From Rhodospirillaceae bacterium (lineage in GTDB: Bacteria > Pseudomonadota > Alphaproteobacteria > Rhodospirillales > UBA2165): DNA of 64,000 nt. Each line of letters opens with the position of its first letter. Position 1 is the first letter of the stretch. The notes under the pieces are model-generated. The model did no database searches. It was not told the origin of the DNA and saw nothing but the letters and a program-made list of their open reading frames with translations. Shown here in pieces: positions 44,225-52,846 of this stretch. The position numbers and the translations under genes were made by a program. The stretch covers positions 84,075 through 148,074 of the forward strand of contig JABHAA010000026.1 in assembly GCA_018674495.1 (NCBI GenBank). Direction: 5' to 3'.

Positions 44225-45850
44225 ATGCACATTACGGAAACAGAGAGGCATACGTCGACAATGTTACTCATAAATCCAGATTTGCATCCTGATACCCAAC
44301 CCGAGGTTTTCAAGCCTTTCACCTATGCCAGCTTTCCAACGGCGATCGGCTATCTGGGTGGATATTTACGGGAAAAAAATGGCGCGGCGGTCGAGCTGTA
44401 CGACGAACAGATTGACTACCTGAGCAAAGACAAGTTGCGGTCTATGCTCGCCGCGCTGGATGCGCCAAAATTGGTTGGCCTCTCGGTTCTCACCGGCACC
44501 GCCAAACGCGCCTACGAAATAGCCCGATGGATCAAGGAGATTGATCCAGAAACCCACATTGTTATGGGCGGCATCCATCCAACGGCGGTGCCCGACGAGC
44601 CTTTTTTGAGGACCCCTGTCGATATTGTTGTTAAAGGCGAAGGCGAAGCGACGTTGAGCGAGATTTACGCCACCCTTATGTCGGGCGAAGATGATCTCAG
44701 CCAAATCAAGGGAATCGCCTACCGAAGCGGCGATCAAGTGAACCACAATCCGGCGCGTGAATTGCTGGACGTGAACGATATGCCGCCCTTTCCCTATGAC
44801 ATGTTTGCGGACAATATCCATCATTACCCGGATTTCGGAACCATCATAAGTTCGCGCGGCTGCCCGTTCGCCTGCAGTTTTTGTTCACAGCGCATCATTT
44901 CCGGGCGGCAAATGCGCTACCTGTCCAATGAACGGGTGGTCAAAAAAATAGAGCTGTTGGCCAATACATATGGTCAGACCAAGATATTTTTTGTCGATGA
45001 TGTGTTCACCGTCAATATAAAGCGAACCATGGCTCTTTGCGATGATATCATCGCGGCCGGGCTCCATAAAAAAGTTCGCTTTATTTGCGAATCCCGTGCC
45101 CGTGAGATTTGTGCCAACGAAGAACGCGGCAACGCTTTGCTAGCCAAGATGAGAGAAGCCAATTTCGTCTCGATTGCATATGGCGTCGAAACCGGTTCTG
45201 AACGGCTGATGGAGACGATCAATAAATCGGAAACGGTGCAACACAATATTCGCGCCATCGAAATGACCCATGCCGCGGGCATTGCCGCAGATGCATCTCT
45301 GATCCTGGGACTCCCTAGCGAAACCAAAGCCGACCGGAAAATGTCGGTCGATGTCGCCAAACGTATTCCCTTGGATGGGGCCCGGTTTAACATCGCTGTT
45401 CCCTATCCCGGCACCGCCTTTTACAACACCGCCGAGGCGGAGGGCCGGTTGAACATTGGCGAGGATTGGGTCAATTGTTCCAATCAGCACTATCTCTCGA
45501 ACAATGATCTGCCCTATACGCCGGTGGGTTCCACCGCCAACGAATTAGTATTGGCTGTCTTCCTGGCGAATTTGCGCTTCACCGCAAGACCCGAAGTGCT
45601 ATTTCACATGCTGTTTGCCGATTCCATGGCCGGCGGCACCGTCGTATCGGTGCACTCGAAATGGTACAAAAGCTGGAAAATGTGGAAGGCCGTGTTCAGG
45701 CTTTTGCTCTTTCTTGCCAGCCGGTCCGCGGTGATCCTTTTCAAAGGTCTCGTCCTGCCATTGTTCGGCCCGAAAAAGCCAACGGCCCGGACCCCGAATA
45801 CGAACAACGAAATTGGCGCGCCTGGTGAAAGAGATCAGCCCGCCGAGTAA
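44225..45850 (+). CDS. B12-binding-domain radical SAM enzyme (class B), paralogue 6
   Basis: 541 aa with VMGGIHPTAVPDEPF, then SSRGCPFACSFCS. It can be aligned by eye with paralogue 2 over most of its length. Confidence 0.85.
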   Translation: MHITETERHTSTMLLINPDLHPDTQPEVFKPFTYASFPTAIGYLGGYLREKNGAAVELYDEQIDYLSKDKLRSMLAALDAPKLVGLSVLTGTAKRAYEIARWIKEIDPETHIVMGGIHPTAVPDEPFLRTPVDIVVKGEGEATLSEIYATLMSGEDDLSQIKGIAYRSGDQVNHNPARELLDVNDMPPFPYDMFADNIHHYPDFGTIISSRGCPFACSFCSQRIISGRQMRYLSNERVVKKIELLANTYGQTKIFFVDDVFTVNIKRTMALCDDIIAAGLHKKVRFICESRAREICANEERGNALLAKMREANFVSIAYGVETGSERLMETINKSETVQHNIRAIEMTHAAGIAADASLILGLPSETKADRKMSVDVAKRIPLDGARFNIAVPYPGTAFYNTAEAEGRLNIGEDWVNCSNQHYLSNNDLPYTPVGSTANELVLAVFLANLRFTARPEVLFHMLFADSMAGGTVVSVHSKWYKSWKMWKAVFRLLLFLASRSAVILFKGLVLPLFGPKKPTARTPNTNNEIGAPGERDQPAE

Positions 45851-45926
45851 TATTTGGAGCGGGTCCGCAAGACGGATAATTGTATATAATAGTCACATCC
45901 CATGACCTCGGACCTGTCCGTCCAAC

Positions 45927-48437
45927 ATGAATAGCCCAGACCCATCCGCAACATCCGGCGCCTCCGGCGCGGCCTCATATATGAAAATCATCACCGTGGT
46001 TTTCATCATATCTGGTGCCGCCGCCCTGATCTATCAGGTTCTCTGGATGCGCCATCTGTCGCTGTTCTTTGGATCCGACGTGTTTGCCGCAGCGATAACT
46101 TTAAGCGTGTTCATGGGCGGGCTTTCCATCGGCAGCTTCGCCTCCGGCGCCTTCGGAGACCGGGTGCGGGGGCCGTTGATCATCTATGGCGCCATCGAGA
46201 TTTTGATCGCCATTTTCGCTCTCTTTTTCCGCGACATTCTGTTCGGTTTGGAAGACACCTACCGGATCATCTATCGATCCAGCTTCGAGACCGATCCGTT
46301 TCTCTATCAAGGCTTCCGCATCGTTGCGGCGACGCTGACGCTACTGGCGCCAACCCTTTTGATGGGCGCGACGCTGCCATTGATCATCCGCCAGTTCGCC
46401 AACCGCATGAACGAATTGGGACGCCGCGCCGGGTATTTCTACGCCGCCAATACCCTCGGCGCGCTGATCGGCACCTTTTTGGCCGGCTTTATCATGCTGC
46501 CCTTGATCGGTATTCAAGCATCGACATTGGTAACCGCCTCGGCCAATGGCCTGATCGGCGTCACCGCGATCCTGATCGGCGTGGCCTTGATTGGCCGCGG
46601 CGAGAACCGGACATCCGAGGCGGAGACGGAGACCGAAGCTGCCAGTGAAGCGCCGGGCGCATCGTCATCCAGCGCGCGGGCGGCAGCGGTAGCCATCTTT
46701 ATATCCGGGCTGGCGGCCCTGGCCCTCGAAGTGGTTTGGGTGCGCATATTGGTGCAGTCGTTCAGCGCCACGGTCTATGCCTTTACCATCATGCTTTGCT
46801 GTTTCCTGGCCGGCATCTATTGGGGAAGCATCAAGGCGGCCAGGAGCATCGACGACGACGAAGCGCCGTTGCTTCAGTTTATCCGGCTGGAGTTGTTCTT
46901 GGCCGGCTCGGTGGCGCTCTTGCCGGTATTTATCTTTTTCGCGCCGTCCCTGTTCGGGGCTCTGACCTGGGGCCTTACCACCGTATTGCAGGGGAACTTC
47001 GCCTTCGCCAGCATCGCCGCCCAATTTATTGTGGCCGGCATTTTCATCATTATCCCGACCACCTTGTTGGGCGCCACCTTCCCAGTCGCGGTCAAATCCT
47101 TCACCGGGAATATTCAGCGCCGCGCCCATGGCACCGGCAGCATTTACGCCGCCAATACCGCCGGCGCCATCATCGGCGCGCTGCTCGGCGGCTTCGTGCT
47201 GTTGCCGACGTTCGGCAGCCGTTGGAGCCTGGAAGTGATTGCCCTGCTGTTTTTGTCGGCGGCCATTTATATGGGCTGGAGCAACCGCAAAACCATGGCC
47301 CGGATGATAGGCCCGAGACATATCGCCGTGCCCGGCGTGATGATCGCCGCCGGTGTCGGCGCGGCCTTGTTTTTGCCGGTACAGATCGTCGCCAATTATA
47401 ATCTGCAAAACAACACGGCGCCGGAGAGCATCTATCACGGCGAGGGAGTCGCCCACACCATCGATATTGTGCGCTCCGCCAAGGGCCACACGATCATGAT
47501 GGTCAATGGCAATATCGAAGCCGACACGTCGCTTATTCAACGCCGGCATTTTATCTTGAAAGCGCATCTGCCGACGCTTCTGCATGGGGATGCCAAAAAG
47601 ATCGGTGTTGTCGGCCTTGGACTCGGCGTCACCACGGCGGCGTTGTTACGCAATCCCATGGTCGAGAATGTGCATGTGATCGAGCTGAGCCCAAAAATGG
47701 TCGAGGCGCACCGGCTTAACCCGGAACTGACCGGCGGCATTCTCGATAATCAGAAGTTGACCCTGACCATCGATGACGGGCGCAATTTCATGACCATGAC
47801 CGACGCCAAATTTGACGTGATCACCGCCGATCCCATCCATCCGAGGATCACCGGCGTCGGCTATCTCTATACCAGGGAATATTACGAGCAGCTGAAATCG
47901 CGCCTCAAGCCGGGCGGATTGGTTCTGCAATGGATGCCCATGTACAACATCGCCAAAAGCTCCTTCGACGTGGCGCTTCGGACATTTGCAAAAACCTTTC
48001 CCAACGCGTCCTTCTGGTATGTACGCGGTCATGGGCTGATGGTCGGCACGCAAGGGCCGCTGCACCTGGATTTCAAAAAATTCGCAAAGGGCTTTGAATT
48101 GCCGAAAATACGAAAAGATTTCGCCTCCATCGGCATGACCTCGCCCGAAGCCGTACTGGGCCATTTGCTCATGGATGCAACACATATCCGGGCCTATCTG
48201 GACGCCGGCGGCGAGGCCATCATTAATACCGACGACAACGCCTATCTGGAGACCCGAACGCCGTTTGAGTTTCTCGGCCGCACCAGGGATCTGGTCGAGG
48301 CCATCAAACCCCTGTCCGGCTGGAATATGCCGGAGATAATGAAGGGCGCCTCGCCCATGGCGCGCGAATTGGTTCAGGGCGCCTATAGCCAGCGACTGAA
48401 ACGCCTGCTGACCGAGCTTGATACAAGAATCCAATAG
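45927..48437 (+). CDS. Fused polytopic (MFS-like) membrane domain + spermidine-synthase-like aminopropyl/methyl-transferase domain
   Basis: 836 aa with about 12-14 TM segments. The C-terminal domain has VGLGLGVTTAALL..P.VE.V.VIELSP and FDVITADPIHP...LYTREYY..LKSRLKPGG, the SpeE-like SAM/dcSAM fold. Confidence 0.75.
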   Translation: MNSPDPSATSGASGAASYMKIITVVFIISGAAALIYQVLWMRHLSLFFGSDVFAAAITLSVFMGGLSIGSFASGAFGDRVRGPLIIYGAIEILIAIFALFFRDILFGLEDTYRIIYRSSFETDPFLYQGFRIVAATLTLLAPTLLMGATLPLIIRQFANRMNELGRRAGYFYAANTLGALIGTFLAGFIMLPLIGIQASTLVTASANGLIGVTAILIGVALIGRGENRTSEAETETEAASEAPGASSSSARAAAVAIFISGLAALALEVVWVRILVQSFSATVYAFTIMLCCFLAGIYWGSIKAARSIDDDEAPLLQFIRLELFLAGSVALLPVFIFFAPSLFGALTWGLTTVLQGNFAFASIAAQFIVAGIFIIIPTTLLGATFPVAVKSFTGNIQRRAHGTGSIYAANTAGAIIGALLGGFVLLPTFGSRWSLEVIALLFLSAAIYMGWSNRKTMARMIGPRHIAVPGVMIAAGVGAALFLPVQIVANYNLQNNTAPESIYHGEGVAHTIDIVRSAKGHTIMMVNGNIEADTSLIQRRHFILKAHLPTLLHGDAKKIGVVGLGLGVTTAALLRNPMVENVHVIELSPKMVEAHRLNPELTGGILDNQKLTLTIDDGRNFMTMTDAKFDVITADPIHPRITGVGYLYTREYYEQLKSRLKPGGLVLQWMPMYNIAKSSFDVALRTFAKTFPNASFWYVRGHGLMVGTQGPLHLDFKKFAKGFELPKIRKDFASIGMTSPEAVLGHLLMDATHIRAYLDAGGEAIINTDDNAYLETRTPFEFLGRTRDLVEAIKPLSGWNMPEIMKGASPMARELVQGAYSQRLKRLLTELDTRIQ

Positions 48438-48543
48438 ACTAAATTTATAGAACTTTACTTGAAACCGGCCTTGGTCTAGATATTTCCAGAAGCGGATTTC
48501 ACCGCATCGATCCATTTTTTAAACGCAACGGGGCGGCGCACGC

Positions 48544-48696
48544 TTGCTAGATTTTTTGAAAGAGTTTTTTTTGTTCCTGAAGCAGCAAAAAAAACTTTGG
48601 CTTTTGCCGATCCTGCTTGCCTCGGTATTCATTGGCGGCTTGATCGTTTTGACTCAGGGCTCCACCGTCGCGCCGTTCATCTACACGTTGTTTTAG
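48544..48696 (+). CDS. DUF5989-like small membrane protein (50 aa, not in the supplied ORF track)
   Basis: TTG start. The translation is MLDFLKEFFLFLKQQKKLWLLPILLASVFIGGLIVLTQGSTVAPFIYTLF. The ...KKxWLLPI..(TM)..LTQGS.VAPFIYTLF pattern is the hallmark of this family as I remember it. Confidence 0.7.
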   Translation: MLDFLKEFFLFLKQQKKLWLLPILLASVFIGGLIVLTQGSTVAPFIYTLF

Positions 48697-48745
48697 TCCT
48701 GCACGCCGTCCTCCGTCGGGCGCCCCGCCAATCCAATTGGTAGCC

Positions 48746-49729
48746 ATGAAAAAAATAGCCCTTTATTACGTTATGACGTTGGTGCTGGTTGCCGCGTTTC
48801 TTGGCGGCGGCACGGAACTGTTTGTCCGCACCGTCATCGATGACGGTATGCAGTTTGATCTGGAAATGTGGAAATATGCCCGCCAGCTCAAATTCGTGTC
48901 GGAGAATGCCACCCTCGGGCACGAACACAGGGCCGGCGGCCAAGCCCGCCTGATGGGCGTCGATGTTGACATCAATAACCATCGGCTGCGCGGCCCTGAC
49001 ATAAGGTTGGAGCCGCCCCGGGACAAAATTCGCATCCTCATGCTGGGCGATTCGATCACATTCGGCTGGGGCGTGGCCGAAGACAATACGGTCGCCCGAT
49101 TGCTGGAAAAGCGGTTGACCAAAAGCGGCCATCCGACCGAGGTCATCAATGCCGGGGTCGGCAATTACAACACCGACATGGAGATCGAATATTTCCTGAA
49201 AACCGGGATACGCTTCAAACCGGATATCGTTGTTTTGAATTTCTTTGTCAACGATCCCGAAATCACCCCCGCTTACGGCAATCAGACATTCCTGGACCGG
49301 CATTCCTATGCCTATGTCTATCTGCGCAGCCGCCTGGATTTGATCATGCGCCAAACCCGTGTCCGGCGGGATTGGAAACGCTATTTGAACGATCTGTTCA
49401 ACCCCGAATTCGAAGGCTGGAAGGTGGCATCAAGACGCATCGATGAGTTTGCCGCCGCCGCCAAGCAAGGCGGGATGAAGGCGTTGCTGGTTTACTATCC
49501 CGATCTTCATGAGCTGGACGATTATCCGTTCCAGCAGTCACAACAAATGCTGCAATCGGCGGCGTCGAAAAATGGCATCGATTTTCTGGATCTTATGGTT
49601 GCCGTTCGCGGCCATGACGAGCCGTCATTATGGGTCAGCCCGACAGATGCGCACCCCAACGCCATCGCAACAAAGAAATTTGCGGCGGCGATTATGCAGA
49701 AATTGCGCATCCTCGGATGGTTAGGGTGA
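48746..49729 (+). CDS. SGNH/GDSL-family hydrolase or acyl-esterase, N-terminal membrane anchor
   Basis: Block I ILMLGDSITFGWG, block III NAGVGNYN, block V PTDAHPN. I chose the ATG at 48746; the listed TTG is at 48737. Confidence 0.8.
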   Translation: MKKIALYYVMTLVLVAAFLGGGTELFVRTVIDDGMQFDLEMWKYARQLKFVSENATLGHEHRAGGQARLMGVDVDINNHRLRGPDIRLEPPRDKIRILMLGDSITFGWGVAEDNTVARLLEKRLTKSGHPTEVINAGVGNYNTDMEIEYFLKTGIRFKPDIVVLNFFVNDPEITPAYGNQTFLDRHSYAYVYLRSRLDLIMRQTRVRRDWKRYLNDLFNPEFEGWKVASRRIDEFAAAAKQGGMKALLVYYPDLHELDDYPFQQSQQMLQSAASKNGIDFLDLMVAVRGHDEPSLWVSPTDAHPNAIATKKFAAAIMQKLRILGWLG

Positions 49730-49778
49730 CGCTCCAGATGCGAAACCATGGCCGCTGCCGAAGTTTGGGAGGTTAGCC

Positions 49779-51113
49779 ATGCGTTGGCTGGCAATCCTTC
49801 CTTCGATATTTTCGGCCGCAGTGTCGGTGGCGCTGATCGTAGTTTTGTGGAAGCCGTCCGAAGTTCAACAGATTTTTTCGTTTTCCTATATCCGCTTTGG
49901 AGTGTTGGCCGCGTTGGCGCTGGTGGCAGCCTATTTTGTCCTGTCGGTTCGCAGCGAAGCCCTCAACCGTTTCAACAACGCGGCGATTTTCATAGCCGCC
50001 GCAACATTGATATTGGTGGAAATCACATTCCGGGTTTTTCCGTCGCTGGTGCCGAACGCCTGGCTGCAGCTTCTGCCGGCAACGGCGCGCGAGGAATTGG
50101 CCGCCGCCCGGGGCTTTCTCACCCAATCCAATATGCGCGGCGGTGGTTTGTTGTTCCGGCGTAAGGCCGGCATGCGGGTGCGCACCGATAAGACAAATGT
50201 CTTCATCGACAGAGACGGATTTCGCAATCCGGCAACCCTTGGCAAGACAGTTGATTTGGTCATTGTCGGCGCGTCGGTTTTTGACGGCACCTACACAAAG
50301 AAGAATTTGGGCGATCTGTTTCGGAGCAACGGCATTGCCGCCTACACCATGGCCACCCCGGCCTGGGGTCCGGGCCAATACCGGGATGCGTTCAAGAAAC
50401 TCATCGTCGGGCGCAATATCAAGGCGGGCGCTGTCATTTTTCACGTGGTCATACCGCGCGATATTGCCAAGATGGCCCACTATATCCAAACCCGCGATAC
50501 CGGCGGCGATTGGCGGGATTATTTGGGCCGGCCGCGCCTGATGAAAATGCCCTTTGCCGATAAATATTATCCCTGGACCCTATCCATATTAAACGGCCTT
50601 CCCTTCCGAATTCTCTATAGCGGGAGCAAAAAAATTCCTGGTCCAAACATTCAGAACAAACCGATGACCGTTAAATTGCCGTGGGGCGTATTCACCATCC
50701 CCCGAGAGAGTTTCAAGGTGCCGCGCACCCAACGCAACTTGGCGGATTACAAAACCGTATTGAAAGACATGATGGTCATCGCCAAGGCCGCCGGCACCAA
50801 ACCGATATTTCTGCAAACCCCTTCGATGCAGGCGGCGCTGGCGCCTTATGTGGTTGAAGGTAAAAAAGCCGGCGCGGCCTTTGCCAATTACCACGCGTCG
50901 GTGACCGCGCAAATCCGGAGCGTCATCGAAGCCGGCGGCGGCGAATTTATCGACACGACCGATTTGTTTTCCAAGGAACTGGTACGGGCGCCGCTGACGG
51001 GCAGCATTCTGGACGTGCATTTAAACGAGCAGGGACTGCAAAGCCTGTTTGGCTGGCTGGAGCCACGGTTGCGCGAAATACTTGGGCTCGGCGATGCCAA
51101 GGACCGGCCGTGA
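49779..51113 (+). CDS. Membrane-anchored SGNH-like protein (divergent)
   Basis: 444 aa. GGAGG lies 6 nt upstream of the ATG. Two or three N-terminal TM helices. A block-I-like IVGASVFDG and a block-V-like LDVHLNEQG. Confidence 0.45.
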   Translation: MRWLAILPSIFSAAVSVALIVVLWKPSEVQQIFSFSYIRFGVLAALALVAAYFVLSVRSEALNRFNNAAIFIAAATLILVEITFRVFPSLVPNAWLQLLPATAREELAAARGFLTQSNMRGGGLLFRRKAGMRVRTDKTNVFIDRDGFRNPATLGKTVDLVIVGASVFDGTYTKKNLGDLFRSNGIAAYTMATPAWGPGQYRDAFKKLIVGRNIKAGAVIFHVVIPRDIAKMAHYIQTRDTGGDWRDYLGRPRLMKMPFADKYYPWTLSILNGLPFRILYSGSKKIPGPNIQNKPMTVKLPWGVFTIPRESFKVPRTQRNLADYKTVLKDMMVIAKAAGTKPIFLQTPSMQAALAPYVVEGKKAGAAFANYHASVTAQIRSVIEAGGGEFIDTTDLFSKELVRAPLTGSILDVHLNEQGLQSLFGWLEPRLREILGLGDAKDRP

Positions 51114-51125
51114 GATAGTGAGCCA

Positions 51126-51827
51126 TCAAGCTCCACCGGCATCCCTGGGCTTAAAAATATGCAACTTGTTCATGCCGTAATAAAACGAGACGGTCCGTTC
51201 CAGCTCGAACCCGCCGCCATTTGCGAGCTCCATGATCTCGGCCTCGTTCATGCCCATCAGCTCATCCACATGTACGTCCCGGTGTGAATGCTCGCCCCAC
51301 CAGCGCAGCCGGTGGCTGATGCCGCCAACGAACCTGGAAATCATGGTGATCAAAAGCCGGCCGTCATCGCCGAGAATTCGGCGCGCCTCGACAATAGCCT
51401 CGGCCCGCTCCGGAATATGGTTGAGACAGGCGATAAATGCGACGCAGTCGAATGTGCTGTCGTCAAAGGGCAGATGCGCCGAATCCTGTATCAACTGGGT
51501 ATCGGCACCCCAATCGACCACATCGACACCGACGCTCTGGCCGGCGGCCGAGGCATCGATCCCAAGCTCGCCGGACATCTCGCCATAAGTCCGCAAAAGC
51601 TCGTTATCGTGGGCGCCCACATCCAGGCAGCGGCCCTTGAGATTCTGCAAAACAACGGCCATGCGTTCGGTGCGCAAAGACGACAGACCGAACCGCTCGG
51701 CCTCCTCGTCCGGCAAAAGCATGCGCAGCGGTGCCAGCGCCAGATCATAAATGGTCTGGCCCGCAGATTTCGGGCGCCGGAGCAGATATTTTGGAAGTCG
51801 CGACATATTTAATGGGCAATTTGTCAA
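51126..51827 (-). CDS. Class I SAM-dependent methyltransferase
   Basis: 233 aa with motif I RCLDVGAHDN and DCVAFIACLNHIPE...GRLLITM (Methyltransf_11-like). Confidence 0.65.
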   Translation of the reverse strand: MTNCPLNMSRLPKYLLRRPKSAGQTIYDLALAPLRMLLPDEEAERFGLSSLRTERMAVVLQNLKGRCLDVGAHDNELLRTYGEMSGELGIDASAAGQSVGVDVVDWGADTQLIQDSAHLPFDDSTFDCVAFIACLNHIPERAEAIVEARRILGDDGRLLITMISRFVGGISHRLRWWGEHSHRDVHVDELMGMNEAEIMELANGGGFELERTVSFYYGMNKLHIFKPRDAGGA

Positions 51828-51889
51828 AGGCGGGCGGGAAATCTATTATGCCTGTCCTTCGGGAGCGTGCAACGAAATTTCAAACCTGA

Positions 51890-52840
51890 TTGGCAAGCCA
51901 AGTGAACGATACGCCGACATCACCTGAAAACAATACCGAGGCGGCCCGCCATGACTGGGAGAGCACGCTTTCTATAATAATCCCCGCCTTCAACGAAGAA
52001 GGCGGCATCGCCAAAGTTCTGGAATCACTTCATGGGGCCCTGCCGGGGGCCGAGGTGATCGTGGTAGACGACGCCAGCACCGACAAAACCGCCAATATTG
52101 TTGCCGGGTTTCCAAACTGCAAATTGGTGCGCCACCCCTTCAACCAGGGATATGGGGCTTCGCTGAAGACCGGCATGCGCGCCGCCGCCGGCACCTACCT
52201 CGCCTGGTTCGATGCCGACAACGAGCACCGGGTCGAAGACCTAGTCGCCATGGTCGAACTGTTGATCCGGGAAAAACTGGCCGCCGTGATCGGCGCAAGG
52301 CGTAATCCAGCCCCATCCGCCATCCGCAGCGGCGGCAAATTGTTTTTGCGCATGCTCGCCAGAAGCCTGGGCGCATCGTCGGTCAGTGACATGAATTGTG
52401 GCCTCCGCGTCTTTCACCGGGATTCCATTCTGCCTTATCTCGGCGTGCTTTCTGATAAGTTTAGCGCCAGCACCACCAGCACCTTGTTGATGATCGACCG
52501 AAAAATGCCGCTCCGCTTCCATCCAGTAACCCTGAACCAGCGCGAAGGCACCAGCAAAGTTCAATTCAATGATGGGCTAGCAGCGATTGCGCTGATATTC
52601 CGAATTGTCCTTTTGGTCGCGCCCTTGCGTGTGTTTTTGCGGGCCGGGCTGTTGTTCATAGCGGTGGGCGCCGTTTATGGCCTCTATTTGAAACTGGCGG
52701 TGGGCGGCCCGCTTGGAACATCCGCCGTGGTGCTTACCATCTTCGGTATGTTCCTTTGCATTCTGGGTTTGATATCCGACCAGATCAGCCAAATGCGGCT
52801 GAACATGGAACGCCAATCGGTCGATCGGCAAAAACATTAG
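51890..52840 (+). CDS. GT2-family polyprenyl-phosphate glycosyltransferase (GtrB/ArnC-like) with two C-terminal TM helices
   Basis: LSIIIPAFNEE, VVDDASTDKT and WFDADNEH (DxD). The C-terminal hydrophobic pair is typical of GtrB/ArnC. Confidence 0.8.
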   Translation: MASQVNDTPTSPENNTEAARHDWESTLSIIIPAFNEEGGIAKVLESLHGALPGAEVIVVDDASTDKTANIVAGFPNCKLVRHPFNQGYGASLKTGMRAAAGTYLAWFDADNEHRVEDLVAMVELLIREKLAAVIGARRNPAPSAIRSGGKLFLRMLARSLGASSVSDMNCGLRVFHRDSILPYLGVLSDKFSASTTSTLLMIDRKMPLRFHPVTLNQREGTSKVQFNDGLAAIALIFRIVLLVAPLRVFLRAGLLFIAVGAVYGLYLKLAVGGPLGTSAVVLTIFGMFLCILGLISDQISQMRLNMERQSVDRQKH

Positions 52841-52846
52841 CGCCGG

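Noticed and set aside
48547-48747. 66-aa minus-strand ORF listed in the track
   Set aside because: The opposite strand encodes a 50-aa protein with the DUF5989-type signature (…LTQGSTVAPFIYTLF). The minus-strand product is a charged, low-complexity sequence with no features.
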